Shown here piece after piece: positions 34,516 through 45,015 of a stretch of DNA of 64,000 nucleotides (its first letter is position 1; each line of letters opens with the position of its first letter). The notes under the pieces are model-generated. The model worked only from the letters and a program-made list of their open reading frames with translations, searched no databases and was not told the origin of the DNA. Made by a program: the position numbers and the translations under genes. The DNA is taken from contig CAWBMV010000001.1 of assembly GCA_963789955.1 (NCBI GenBank), positions 96,001-160,000 on the forward strand. Reading direction: 5' to 3'. This stretch comes from an uncultured Candidatus Rokubacteria bacterium (lineage in GTDB: Bacteria; Methylomirabilota; Methylomirabilia; Rokubacteriales; CSP1-6).

Positions 34516-34821
34516 CTACGCGCCGACGTCCGTGTATTTGACGTCACAGCGATACGTCTTGTACTCGCCCACGAAGAACGGCTGCAGCGGCGCCATGATC
34601 TCGCGATAGAGCGCGCTCTCCTCGTACGCCTTCATGTCCGCGGGATTCTCCCAGAGACTCACGGCGAAACCGGTGTCCTTGTCCCCGGAGTCTTGCGCGA
34701 GCCAGCGGCCGCGCAGTCCCTTGAGCCCTTTACCTTTGGTGAGCACGTTGTCCCGGTAGGTCCGCTCGAAGTCGTTCCACGCGCCCGCCCGCAGCTTGCC
34801 CCAGGTAACCCGGATCACCAT
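34516..34821 (-). CDS. Antibiotic biosynthesis monooxygenase (ABM)-like dimeric alpha-beta barrel protein
   Basis: 101 aa; GFAVSLWE; GGAGG RBS. Confidence 0.7.
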   Translation of the reverse strand: MVIRVTWGKLRAGAWNDFERTYRDNVLTKGKGLKGLRGRWLAQDSGDKDTGFAVSLWENPADMKAYEESALYREIMAPLQPFFVGEYKTYRCDVKYTDVGA

Positions 34822-34854
34822 GGCTGGCCTCCTTGTTGTGACGACCGATCGAAC

Positions 34855-35088
34855 TCAGGCGCCCGGTGCCTCGGGCGCGGTGGTCTCCGCGGGATCGAAC
34901 GCGACACGATCCCAGATCGCATCGGCGACCGGCCAGGCGCGCAGGATTGCGGCGAGCTGGTTCGCGTCCTGGATGGGCCCGTGCTCGGCGCGAAACCGGA
35001 GAATGGCGCGGGCCTGTTCGGGGCCGATGCCCGGCAGCTCGAGGAGCTCCGCGGGATTGGCGAGGTTGACTCGCACTCGGTTCGACAT
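34855..35088 (-). CDS. Helix-hairpin-helix (ComEA-like) domain protein
   Basis: VNLANPAELLELPGIGPEQARAILRFR. Confidence 0.8.
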   Translation of the reverse strand: MSNRVRVNLANPAELLELPGIGPEQARAILRFRAEHGPIQDANQLAAILRAWPVADAIWDRVAFDPAETTAPEAPGA

Positions 35089-35179
35089 GGGCGCCTCCTA
35101 ACTACATACCGAGTGTGCTCCCGAAACGTCGAACCGCCAGCGATCGGACCATCGGACGACGGAGACGTCGCCCGGAAGG

Positions 35180-36043
35180 TCAGCGCGCGAAGTTGTCGAT
35201 CAGGTAGCGCGAGATGCTGTGGCGCGAGGGGAGGCTCGGGAGGTTCGTGCACGGAAACCAGCGCGCGTCCTCCAGCTCCTCGGCGTCCACCTTGATCTCG
35301 CCGCCCGCGTAGGTGGCGACGAAGCCGACCATCAGCTGGCTCGGGAAGGGCCAGTTCTGACTGCCGACGTAGCGGATGTCCTTCACGTCGACGCCGACCT
35401 CTTCCTTCACCTCGCGCGCGACGCAGCCCTCGAGCGATTCGCCGTTGTCGACGAAGCCGGCGACGAGCGCGTAGCGGCCGGGCGCCCAGATGGCCTTGCG
35501 CGCGAGCAGCACGCGGTCGCCGTCGCGCACGACGACGATGACCGCCGGGTGCAGGTGAGGGTAGTGCTCGTACTTGCACTTCGGGCAGCGCTTGCCCCAC
35601 TCGCCGGCCAGGCGCTCGGTGGGGCCGCCGCAGCGGGGACAGAAGCCGCTCGTCGATTCCCACCAGAGGGCCTGCATGGCCATGCCGCCGAGCGAGAGCA
35701 GATCGTCGGGCAGACGCGTGCCGGCCATCGGCACGAGCGTCTCGCGCTGGAATTCGTCCGGGACGGCGGCATCGCGCGGGAGCGACGCCACCCAGCATTC
35801 GGTGTCACCGCCCAGGGTGCCGAGCCAGATCGGCTCGCCGAGGGCGCCGTCGAGCTTGGCCGGGCGCTGACCCGACGGGAGCCGGAAGCGGTCGCCGTCC
35901 GGAACGACCAGGAGCTTCTGATCCTGGACGATGATCCAGTTGCCGCGCTCGGTCGGCGGCTTCGTCCCGCGCTTGGCCGGAACGAAGGCTCCGCGGAGGC
36001 AGTCGATATTGAACGGCAGATAGACGCTGAGTGGAGTCGTCAT
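35180..36043 (-). CDS. nudC: NAD(+) diphosphatase
   Basis: FCPRCG...CPKC zinc ribbon, Nudix box, SQNWPFPSQLM. Confidence 0.93.
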   Translation of the reverse strand: MTTPLSVYLPFNIDCLRGAFVPAKRGTKPPTERGNWIIVQDQKLLVVPDGDRFRLPSGQRPAKLDGALGEPIWLGTLGGDTECWVASLPRDAAVPDEFQRETLVPMAGTRLPDDLLSLGGMAMQALWWESTSGFCPRCGGPTERLAGEWGKRCPKCKYEHYPHLHPAVIVVVRDGDRVLLARKAIWAPGRYALVAGFVDNGESLEGCVAREVKEEVGVDVKDIRYVGSQNWPFPSQLMVGFVATYAGGEIKVDAEELEDARWFPCTNLPSLPSRHSISRYLIDNFAR

Positions 36044-37182
36044 GAGCCGAGAAGTCCCACGTCGCCGGGCTGGCCGGCGCGCGAGGCCACCGGCACGCGG
36101 TCGCCGGCCGGCGCCTCGACGCCGAGCTTCTTGAGGGCGGGCATGACCTCGCGGGCGAAGAGGCGCATGTTGGCCTCGGCGTCCTCGTACGGCATGCCGG
36201 CGTAGCTGAAGACGCCGATGTAGTGGCTGTTGTTCGTTCGCGCGTGGATGTCGAGGATCTTCTCGTAGCACTGCTCGGGCGTGCCCCAGACTTGAAGGTT
36301 CATGAAGTAGTCGACGACGGTGTCGGTCCCGTACTGCGTGATCTTCTCCGCCATCTTGCCGTAGTACTCGTAGCCCTTCGTCCGGGCGAGGTGATCGCCC
36401 TGGAACTGATAGTGATCGAGCACCGTCTGGTAGTAGCCGCCGATGAACCGTCGCGCCATCTCCTCGGCGCGCGCCGCGCTCTCGTCGCAGAACGTCCAGC
36501 CCGCCGAGACCGGCGGCGGCGCCTCGACGCCGTTCACGTCGCGGTAGATCGAGCGGTAGGTCTCGAGCTCTCGCGCGACTTCCTTCCAGGGCTTCTGCGG
36601 AATGATCAGGATCCCGACGCCGAGCTTCGCCATGATCGGCAGCGACTCCGGCGAGACCGCGGCGGCATAGGTGCGGCCGCGGAACGATTTGAAGGGCGCG
36701 GGCCGGATCGCGGCGCGTGGCTGCTTGACGAAGGTGCCGTCGTACTCGCAGTAGCCGGTCTCGAGACCGCCCAGCAGCATCTCGGCTGATTCGGTGAAGC
36801 GCTGGCGCGACTCGTCCATCGAGAGGCGGAAGCCGTCGAACTCGACCTTGCCGGCGCCGCGCCCGAGGCCCAGGATCAGCCGGCCGCCCGAGATGTTGTC
36901 GAGCATCGAGACTTCCTCGGCGACGCGCATCGGATCGTGCCACGGCAGCACCACGACCATCGAGCCCAGCCGCGCGCGCTCCGTGCGGCCGGCCATGTAC
37001 GTCAGGAATTGCAGCACGTCCGGGCACATCGTGTAGTCGGTGAAGTGATGCTCGACGCCCCAGATCGACTCGAAGCCGAGCGGCTCGGCGAGGTCGGCCA
37101 GCCGGAGCTCGTTTCGATAGACGTCGCGGTCGGTTCGCGCCTTGCCGGGGTTCTGGAACACGGCCGCCATTCCAACGTGCAT
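36040..37182 (-). CDS. Luciferase-like (LLM class) flavin-dependent oxidoreductase
   Basis: GFESIWGVEHHF, PMRVAEE..MLD, LGLGRG. Confidence 0.9.
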   Translation of the reverse strand: MHVGMAAVFQNPGKARTDRDVYRNELRLADLAEPLGFESIWGVEHHFTDYTMCPDVLQFLTYMAGRTERARLGSMVVVLPWHDPMRVAEEVSMLDNISGGRLILGLGRGAGKVEFDGFRLSMDESRQRFTESAEMLLGGLETGYCEYDGTFVKQPRAAIRPAPFKSFRGRTYAAAVSPESLPIMAKLGVGILIIPQKPWKEVARELETYRSIYRDVNGVEAPPPVSAGWTFCDESAARAEEMARRFIGGYYQTVLDHYQFQGDHLARTKGYEYYGKMAEKITQYGTDTVVDYFMNLQVWGTPEQCYEKILDIHARTNNSHYIGVFSYAGMPYEDAEANMRLFAREVMPALKKLGVEAPAGDRVPVASRAGQPGDVGLLGS

Positions 37183-37218
37183 GGGACGCTCCCCCTTCGC
37201 CGTTGTATTATTGCGCCG

Positions 37219-38676
37219 ATGAGCCCATTCGATCCAGCCCCCTTCGTCGAGCGTCGGCAACGGTTCGCGGCGGCCATCGGTGACGGACTCGCCATCATCC
37301 CGGGCGCCCGGGAGATCCAGCGCAACGCGGATGTGAACTACGAGTTCCGCCAGGCCTCGGACTTCTTCTTCCTGACCGGGTTCGACGAGCCCGACGCGGT
37401 CGCCGTGTTCAATCCGGCGGACGCCAAGGAGCGCTTCGTCCTCTTCGTCCGCCCGCGCGACCGCGAGATGGAGATCTGGAACGGCCGGCGCGCCGGCACC
37501 GAGGGCGCCATCGCCACCTACGGCGCGGACGCCGCGTACACGATCGACCGGCTCGACGCGAAGCTGCGCGAATACATGATCGACCGGCCGGCGATCTTCT
37601 ACCGGCTCGGCAGCGGCGCGTTCGACAGCCGGGTCACGCGGCTGGTCGGCGATCTGCGCGCCGCGCGCGCGCGGGGCTTCGCACCGCCCGTGCGCATCGA
37701 GGATCCGGGGCCGATCCTCAACGAGCTGCGACTGCGCCGCTCGGCCGCGGAGCTGGCGCGACATCGCCGCGCGTGCGAGATCAGTCGCGACGGGCACGTC
37801 GAGGCGATGCGTTACGCGCGGCCCGGACTCTACGAGTACCAGGTGCAGGCGGCGCTCGAGTACGTGTTCCGCGTGAACGGCTCGCCGCGCAACGGTTATC
37901 CCTCGATCGTCGCCTCCGGCGCCAACGCGTGCATTCTCCACTACAGCGAGAACACGCGGCGCATGGAAGACGGCGATCTCCTGCTGATCGACGCCGGCTG
38001 CGAGTACGGCTATCACTCGGCCGACATCACGCGCACGTTCCCGGTCAACGGGCGATTCACGGCCGCCCAGCGCGCGGTCTACGAGATCGTCCTGCGCGCG
38101 CAGCTCGCCGGGATCGCGGCGGCGCGCCCGGGCAACCGGTACGAGGCGGTGCACGAGGCCGCGCGGCGCGTGCTCACCGAGGGGCTCGTGGCGCTCGGGG
38201 CGCTGCCGCGCGGCGTCGAGGAGTCGCTCGCGATGCACCACTATCGCGAGTTCTACATGCACGGCACCGGGCACTGGCTCGGCATGGACGTGCACGACGT
38301 CGGCGACTATCGGATCGACCGCAAGTCGCGCATTCTCGAGCCCGGCATGGTGCTGACCGTGGAGCCCGGCCTCTACTTCGATCCCGAGCGCGAGAGCGCG
38401 ACGTACCATCTGCGCGAGTACAGCGAGGAGGAGGCGTGGGAGCGCCGCCTGCGCCTGGGCGCGGCCGCCGCCAAGAAGATCGAGGACGAAGAGAAGGCGA
38501 AGGCCGAGAAGATCACGCACGCCGTCCCGAAGGAGCTGCGCGGCATCGGCATCCGCATCGAGGACGACGTGCTGATCACCGCGGACGGCTGCGACGTGCT
38601 CACCGCGGGCACACCCAAGACGATCGACGAGGTCGAGCGCGCCTGCGCCGAGCCGCCCCGCCTGCCCCGTCCCTGA
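37219..38676 (+). CDS. pepP: Xaa-Pro aminopeptidase
   Basis: FRQASDFFFLTG, LIDAGCE, ADITRT, HGTGHWLGMDVHD, TVEPGLY, GIRIEDD. Confidence 0.93.
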   Translation: MSPFDPAPFVERRQRFAAAIGDGLAIIPGAREIQRNADVNYEFRQASDFFFLTGFDEPDAVAVFNPADAKERFVLFVRPRDREMEIWNGRRAGTEGAIATYGADAAYTIDRLDAKLREYMIDRPAIFYRLGSGAFDSRVTRLVGDLRAARARGFAPPVRIEDPGPILNELRLRRSAAELARHRRACEISRDGHVEAMRYARPGLYEYQVQAALEYVFRVNGSPRNGYPSIVASGANACILHYSENTRRMEDGDLLLIDAGCEYGYHSADITRTFPVNGRFTAAQRAVYEIVLRAQLAGIAAARPGNRYEAVHEAARRVLTEGLVALGALPRGVEESLAMHHYREFYMHGTGHWLGMDVHDVGDYRIDRKSRILEPGMVLTVEPGLYFDPERESATYHLREYSEEEAWERRLRLGAAAAKKIEDEEKAKAEKITHAVPKELRGIGIRIEDDVLITADGCDVLTAGTPKTIDEVERACAEPPRLPRP

Positions 38677-38733
38677 TTCGCCGGGCGCCTGGTTCGTCTC
38701 GCCGACGAGCTGGCCGCGCCCGCATCCGCGTCG

Positions 38734-39136
38734 GTGCTGTCAGCCTCTTGTTGGTCTCGCCTGTTCTTCGTCGCGGCGTGCTCGCTGCGCCGGCCGCGGC
38801 GCACCCGGCGGCGCGGTGATGATCACACCCGAGAGCAATGGCCGCACGGTCGAGCTGCGAACGGATCAGGAGCTGTTCGTCCGTCTGCCGGGCAATCCGG
38901 CAATGGGCTATCGATGGTCGCTCGCCGCGGCGCCGGCCGCGGTCCTGAAGCTGGAGGGGCTGCCGCAGCTCGAGAGAGATCCAGCCGGTGCCGGCGTGGG
39001 CGGGCCGGTCGTCGAGATCTGGCGATTCACGACGGCGCACACGGGCCAGCAGGTCCTGGTCTTCGACTATCGCCTTCCGTGGGAAACGGACGCGCCGCCC
39101 GCGCGCCAGCTCTCGTTCACCGTCACCGTTCGCTAG
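38734..39136 (+). CDS. Protease inhibitor I42 (chagasin) family protein; 5' end frameshifted or uncertain
   Basis: LPGNPAMGYRW, VGGP, YRLPWE motifs. Confidence 0.75.
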
Positions 39137-40044
39137 TCGAGGCTAGCGGCCGAGCACGGCGCGGAGCGCGTCCTCCAGGGTCGGGTAACGGAAGCGGTAG
39201 CCGCTCGCCTGAAGCCGCGCCGGCACGGCGCGCTGGCTCGCCAGCAGCATCTCGTCCGCCATCTCGCCGAGCGCCAGGCGCGCCGCGAACGCCGGCAGGG
39301 GCACGAGCGTGGGGCGCCCGAGCGCCCGGCCCAGGGTCCGCGTGAACTCGGCATTGGTGACCGGCGCGGGCGCGACGACGTTCAGCGGCCCGCGGAGCGC
39401 GTCGGTCGTGAGGGCGTGGCGGATCGCGCCGATCACGTCGTCGAGCGCGATCCAGCTCATCCACTGTGCGCCGTCGCCGATGACGCCGCCCAGGCCCAGC
39501 CGGAACGGGGTCAGCATCTTGGCGAGCGCGCCGCCGTGTGCGCTCAACACGACGCCGAGCCGCAGGTTCACCACGCGGATCCCCTGCGCGATCGCCGTGG
39601 CGGTGGCCGCTTCCCACTCGCGGGCGAGATCGGCCAGAAAGCCGGTGCCGGGTCGGCTCTCTTCGCTCAGCACCTCGTCGCCGCGGCTGCCGTAGTAGCC
39701 GACGCCCGAGGCGCAGACGAGCACGGCCGGCGGCTTCGCGAGCCGCGTCAGCGTCTGAACCGAGCAGGCGGGTCGCGATCACGCGGCTCTCGCGGATGCG
39801 GCGCTTCTTCTCCGCCGTCCATCGGAGCCCCATGAGGCTGTCGCCGGCGAGATGGACGACTCGCGTCGGCGACCGACGGGCCGGCCGGCGTGATCGCGCC
39901 GGAGGCCGGATCCCAGCGGAGCACGTCCTCGCCGGGTCTCGGGGCGCGGCGCACGAGCGGGATCGCTCGATGCCCACCAGCCTCGAGGGACGCGATCAGC
40001 GCGGCGCCGATCAGACCGCTCGCGCCGCTGACCGCGACGTTCAC
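39133..40044 (-). CDS. TIGR01777-family NAD-dependent epimerase (frameshifts)
   Basis: VSGASGLIG, ASGVGYYG, GDGAQWMSWI, LLASQRAVP. Confidence 0.88.
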
Positions 40045-40793
40045 GCCATCGCGCCGCCGTCGACGGTGTAGATCCCGCCGGTGATGTACGTCGCGTCGGG
40101 GCTCGCCAGGAACGCCACGAGGGCGGCGACCTCTTCGGGCGCGCCGTAGCGACGCATCGGGATGGTCGCGGTGAGTCGCTCCCGCTTGATCTCGGTCTCG
40201 AGCTCTTGCGCCATCGGTGTCTCGATCGGCGCCGGGCACACGGCGTTGACGCGAATGTTGTGGCGCGCCAGCTCGAGCGACGCGGCGCGCGTCATGCCGA
40301 CGACCGCGTGCTTGCTCGCGGTGTAGGCGATGATGTTCGGCGAGCCGCGCAGACCCGCGATCGACGCGGTGTTCACGATGGCCCCGCCGCCGCGCGCGCG
40401 CATCAGCGGCGCGACCACCTTCATCCCGAGCCAGACGGCCTTGAGGTTGACGGCGATCACCCGGTCGAACGTCTCTTCGGGATAGTCGACCAGCGGCTTC
40501 AGCGCGCCGAGCACGCCCGCGTTGTTGAAGAAGACGTCGATGCCGCCGAACCGCTTCACCGCCGCGTCGGCGTATTTCTGCACCTCCGCCAGCTTCGTCA
40601 CGTCGGCCTCGACGGCGTGCACCTCGCCGTCGACCTTCTCGACCGCGGCCACGCTCTGCCGGAGCGCCGCCGCGGCCAGATCGACGACCACCACGCGCGC
40701 GCCCTCGGACGCGAAGCGCACGGCGGCGGCACGACCGATGCCACCGGCGCCTCCGGTGACGAGCACGACCTTCCCGGTGAATCTCGCCGCCAT
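40041..40793 (-). CDS. Short-chain dehydrogenase/reductase
   Basis: TGGAGGIG, FNNAG, YTASKH. Confidence 0.92.
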   Translation of the reverse strand: MAARFTGKVVLVTGGAGGIGRAAAVRFASEGARVVVVDLAAAALRQSVAAVEKVDGEVHAVEADVTKLAEVQKYADAAVKRFGGIDVFFNNAGVLGALKPLVDYPEETFDRVIAVNLKAVWLGMKVVAPLMRARGGGAIVNTASIAGLRGSPNIIAYTASKHAVVGMTRAASLELARHNIRVNAVCPAPIETPMAQELETEIKRERLTATIPMRRYGAPEEVAALVAFLASPDATYITGGIYTVDGGAMA

Positions 40794-40844
40794 GTCAGGC
40801 GCCATCTTGCTCTTGGCGCCGACTCGACGCAAGCTTGGGGCGCC

Positions 40845-41322
40845 ATGACCGAAGACGAGGGCTTGAAAGCGCTGCTCGGGGACGACGCGGCGGCGGCGGC
40901 GCGCGCCGAGGCCGCGCTGTGGGAGATGTGGCATCGTTCGGGCGATCGCGAGGTCGATGCGCTCCTGCGCGAGGGCATCACCCTCATGGAGCGGCGCGAC
41001 CTGCTCGCGGCCGAGGCGATCTTCGCCCGCATGATCGCGCAGGCTCCCGCGTTCGCCGAAGGCTGGAACAAGCGCGCGACCGTGCGCTACGTCGCCGAGA
41101 ACTACGAAGGCTCGATCTCCGATTGCGAGGAGACGCTCTCGCGCAATCCTCATCACTTCGGCGCGCTGGCGGGCGCGGGGCTCTGCTACATGGCGCTCGG
41201 ACGGCCTCGCGAGGCTGCTGGGATGTTTCGTCGGGCGCTCGCGGTGCATCCTCGGCTTGGGCGGAGCCCGGCAGAATCTTGCCGTCGCTCTTGGGGAAGC
41301 CGTGCGCGGTAACGGTCACTGA
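40845..41322 (+). CDS. TPR-repeat protein (3' frameshift)
   Basis: LWEMWHRSG, PAFAEGWNKRAT, NPHHFGALAG. Confidence 0.82.
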
Positions 41323-41331
41323 GCTTGGTGG

Positions 41332-41495
41332 CGGGGCGCCGGGGCGGGGGTGTGCGGGAGGGGTCGAGCTGACCACGCGGCACGCGTGCGCTGCTCCGCG
41401 GCGGCTGGGCTCCATCCGGGCGCGCGTCGTCCGCCGCTCGCTTGGAGGGAACGGGTCCCTCGACCCCTCCCGCACACCCCCGCCCCGGCGCCCCG
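41332..41495. repeat. 164-bp element with perfect 37-bp terminal inverted repeats (MITE/REP-like)
   Basis: 41332-41368 is the exact reverse complement of 41459-41495. Confidence 0.9.
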
Positions 41496-41607
41496 ACTCT
41501 CCGTCTCGCCTAGTCCAGTAGCGAGCGACTCGGTCCAGCTGTGAGCAATCTGAGCGGCGGTTGGCGCTGCCGGCCTGGTTTTGCGTGCGCCCGTCGAGCC
41601 CGGGCGC

Positions 41608-42120
41608 TCAGCGCGCGCGGTAGTCACGGTGCCAGAGGTTGAGGTAGTCGCGGGCGTTTTGGAGGATGTCTTCGAGCTCGGCGGCGTCCATTTTTCGGAT
41701 GGGCTTGGCCGGGACGCCCATGAAGAGCCAGCCGGCGGTCACGATCTTGCCCGGCGGGACCAGGGCGCCGGCGCCGACCTGCGCGCCCTCCTCGATGACG
41801 GCGCCGTCCAGGACGACCGCGCCGATGCCGATGCGCACATTGTTCATGACCCGGCAGCCGTGGACGACCGCGCGGTGGCCGATCGTGACGTTGTCGCCGA
41901 CGATGCACGGAAACTCGGGCCTGACGTGCAGCACCGAGTTGTCCTGCACGTTCGAGTTCCGACCGAGCGTGACATAGTTGTCCTGGTCGCCGCGCAGGAC
42001 CGCGAAGGGCCAGACCGAGGCGCCGGCGGCGATCGTGACGTCGCCGATGACGGCCGCCTGCGGATCGACGTACGCCTCGGGATCGATTCGTGGCGAGCGA
42101 CCGGGTACCGAGCGGATCAC
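41608..42120 (-). CDS. Gamma carbonic anhydrase / hexapeptide-repeat family protein
   Basis: VLRGD, SNVQDNSVLH, TIGHRAVVHG. Confidence 0.9.
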   Translation of the reverse strand: MIRSVPGRSPRIDPEAYVDPQAAVIGDVTIAAGASVWPFAVLRGDQDNYVTLGRNSNVQDNSVLHVRPEFPCIVGDNVTIGHRAVVHGCRVMNNVRIGIGAVVLDGAVIEEGAQVGAGALVPPGKIVTAGWLFMGVPAKPIRKMDAAELEDILQNARDYLNLWHRDYRAR

Positions 42121-42154
42121 GCGTGCCCTCCGGGAGTGGAAATAGCGCGAGTGG

Positions 42155-42162
42155 ATTATACT
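42155..42162. promoter_or_regulatory. Overlapping divergent -10 elements
   Basis: TATAAT on minus (42160-42155) and TATACT on plus (42157-42162), between divergent genes. Confidence 0.5.
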
Positions 42163-42191
42163 GACGCGCGCACGGGAGGAGACCCAGCAAG

Positions 42192-43233
42192 ATGATCGCG
42201 CAGACCGCCGAGGTCCGTGAAGCCCACCGGTTCGACGTGGCCGCGCTCGAGCGCTACCTGCGCGCCCACGTCGACGGCTTCAGCGGGCCGATCGAGGTGC
42301 GCCAGTTCCGGGGCGGCCAGTCCAATCCGACGTATCACCTCGTCGGCCGGCGGCCGCGAGTACGTGCTGCGGCGGAAGCCGCCGGGCAAGCTCTTGCCCT
42401 CCGCGCATGCGGTCGACCGCGAATACCGGGTGATCACGGCGCTCGGCAAATCCGGGTTTCCCGTGCCGCGCACCTTTGTCCTGTGCGAGGACGATTCGGT
42501 TATCGGCACGGCGTTCTACGTGATGGACTGCGTGCACGGTCGGATCTTCACCGATCCGGCGATTCCCACCGTCACACCGCGCGAGCGCCGCGCCATCTAC
42601 GAGTCGCTGATCGACGTGCTGGCGCGTCTGCACACCGCCGACTGGCAGGCGCTCGGCCTCGCCGACTTCGGGCGGCCGGGTAACTATTTCGCGCGTCAGA
42701 TTCACCGCTGGACCCAGCAATACCGCGCGTCGGAGACCGAAAAGATCGAGTCGATGGAGCGACTCATCCCGTGGCTGCCGGAGCACATCCCCGCCGGTGA
42801 CGAGACCACGCTCGTCCACGGCGATTTCAGGCTCGGGAACACGATCATCCACCCGACCGAGCCGCGGGTCGTCGCCGTGCTCGACTGGGAGCTGTCGACC
42901 CTGGGCCACCCGCTCGCGGACCTCGCCTACTTCTGCCTGCCCTATCGGTTCACGCGCGAGTGGGAGGGGCTCGCCGACAAGGATCTGACGGAGCTCGGGC
43001 TCCCGAGCGAGGCCGAGTACGTCGCCGACTACTGCCGGCGCGCCGGGCGCGGCACCATCGGCGACTGGGAGTTCTCTCTCGCGTTCGCCATGTTCCGGCT
43101 GGCCGCGATCGCCCAGGGCATCATGGGACGTGTGGTCGCGGGGACCGCGAACGATCCGAATGCCCAGGAGCGCGGCCGGCGCGCACGCCCGCTCGCCGAC
43201 TCGGCCTGGGCGCTGATCTCCTCGCGCGCCTAG
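42192..43233 (+). CDS. APH-family phosphotransferase (ACAD10/11 kinase-domain-like); frameshift ~42345
   Basis: QFRGGQSNPTY, LLPSAHAVDREY, VHGDFRLGN, VLDWEL. Confidence 0.9.
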
Positions 43234-44357
43234 TAGTCGTAGAGGCGTTCGATGGTGAGGCCGCTTCTTCCCAGGTCGGCGACCACTCCGTTCAGGGATC
43301 TGACGGGCGCCTTCACCGCGATTCGCTGGGCGGCCGGATTCGTCAGGAGCGGTTCCGTCGCGAGAATCTCGCCGGTCTCGAGCCGAAAGTTCAGGGCGCT
43401 CGGCGCGATCACGGTCAGCAAGATTTCGTCGTTGCCGGCGATCTCGCGGAAACGTACGCCTTGCTTCACCAGCTCCGCGACGAGCGGCGTGAAGGCATCG
43501 CGGCGCGGCATGGCGATGACGTAGGACCGGTCGCCGAGCGCCTTGATCTTGCGGATCCGATGGTCGCTGAAGATGCGGTCGGGCACGTCGTCGACCCAGG
43601 CATAGATGACCAGATCCTCCGGCCGCTGAGCGTTCCGCGTGCCGAGCCGGACGATCTCCGCGTAGACCGCCATCAGCGCGTACTCCGCGCTCAGGGTGAA
43701 GCGCCGCTCCCACTTGCGGACGACGTCGAGGCCCCACAAGGGTGTTTCCTTCCACAGGGCTTCGAGACGCTCGGCGAACGGAAACTCGTACCAGGGCGCC
43801 GTGCGCACGAACTCGGCGTACTGGCCGGCGGTCTTGCGCGCGAACACGTCCTCCTCGGTGTGGTAGAAGCCGATGCTCTCGGTGACCACGCCGACCGTGT
43901 TCTCGTACGCGCCCTTGACGGTGTTGTCGAGCGTGAAGGCCAGACCGGTGAGCCCGAGGATCACGTGCGCGCGCGCGTCGAACGGGTAGATGCGCTTGGT
44001 CCCCCCGCACGAGCTCGCGTAGTACCGCCAGTACTGCCGGATCGCCGCGAAGTACGGAAACCGGCTCGGGGCGTGAGACGTGACGAACGTCGCGTACTCC
44101 TCGGCGTTGTACACGACGTACCACGCGGGCAAGGTGAGGAAGGTCGACGACCCGTTTCGGCGGTAGCCGGGCACGTCGACGGTGGCGCTGACGAGCTCGG
44201 GCGATCGCTCGCGCGGCTGGATGCGCACGCTGAAGCAGTGTTCGCCGATGAATCGGGCGGGGACCGCGACGGCGATCAGGCCGAGCACGGCCACCGTCGC
44301 AACCGCGAGCACGACGAACGTTCCGATGCGTCGCCGGGACCGACTCCGACGAGCCAC
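43230..44357 (-). CDS. Hypothetical membrane-anchored protein
   Basis: 375-aa ORF with N-terminal TM helix, aromatic-rich, coding-like codon bias. Confidence 0.7.
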   Translation of the reverse strand: MARRSRSRRRIGTFVVLAVATVAVLGLIAVAVPARFIGEHCFSVRIQPRERSPELVSATVDVPGYRRNGSSTFLTLPAWYVVYNAEEYATFVTSHAPSRFPYFAAIRQYWRYYASSCGGTKRIYPFDARAHVILGLTGLAFTLDNTVKGAYENTVGVVTESIGFYHTEEDVFARKTAGQYAEFVRTAPWYEFPFAERLEALWKETPLWGLDVVRKWERRFTLSAEYALMAVYAEIVRLGTRNAQRPEDLVIYAWVDDVPDRIFSDHRIRKIKALGDRSYVIAMPRRDAFTPLVAELVKQGVRFREIAGNDEILLTVIAPSALNFRLETGEILATEPLLTNPAAQRIAVKAPVRSLNGVVADLGRSGLTIERLYDY

Positions 44358-44408
44358 TACGGTAAGGTCTCGTCTCCTTCGAGGTTGGTGCTACCGGAGA
44401 GTCTTATA

Positions 44409-45015
44409 TCACGGCCGTGCGTCGGACGGCGGACCTTGTTGGGCCGACGCATGCGCGGTGACCACGTAGCGCAGCGGACCGCCGGCCACGAGCGCGTCGA
44501 ACGGATAGCAGGTCATCAGCACGAGCGCGGCTGACTCCGGGCTCCGTGCGGATCACGGCGGATCTCGAGTCGACGACCGAGAGCTCGTCCACTCGAAATC
44601 GCCCGCTCGGCCGCCCCGGCACGTCGACGAGGATCTCGTCGCCCCGCTGCAGCCGCTCGAGAAAACGAAAGTGCGTGTCGCGATGCGCCGTCACGATCGC
44701 GGTCCCCGGCTCGCCGGGCGCGGCACTCTGCGGCGCGTGGCCGGGACCGAACGCGAGGGTGCGGCCGCTCACGCCCGTGAGGACGATGAGGTCGACGCCG
44801 TGAGCCGGCACCCGCAGCCTCGCGACCGGCCACGTGTCGGCCCACGGCCACGGCTTGGAGGCCGGCTCGCCCCGGAGCGTGCGCGCCCACGCCCGCTGCA
44901 AGAGGTACTGCGCGAGCTGGGCCTTGGCGTGGATCCACGCGCCGTGGCCCAGCTCCCACGCGCCGAGCGCGGCGAGCAGGGCCACGGCGACGACGATGAT
45001 GCTGCGGCGGTTCAG
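44409..45015 (-). CDS. Class GN (proteobacterial-type) sortase; frameshift ~44530, start uncertain
   Basis: TM anchor, IHAKAQLAQYLL, KPWPWADTWPVARL, LAFGPGH; catalytic H (AHRDTHF), C (LMTCYPF), R (GPLRY). Confidence 0.9.
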
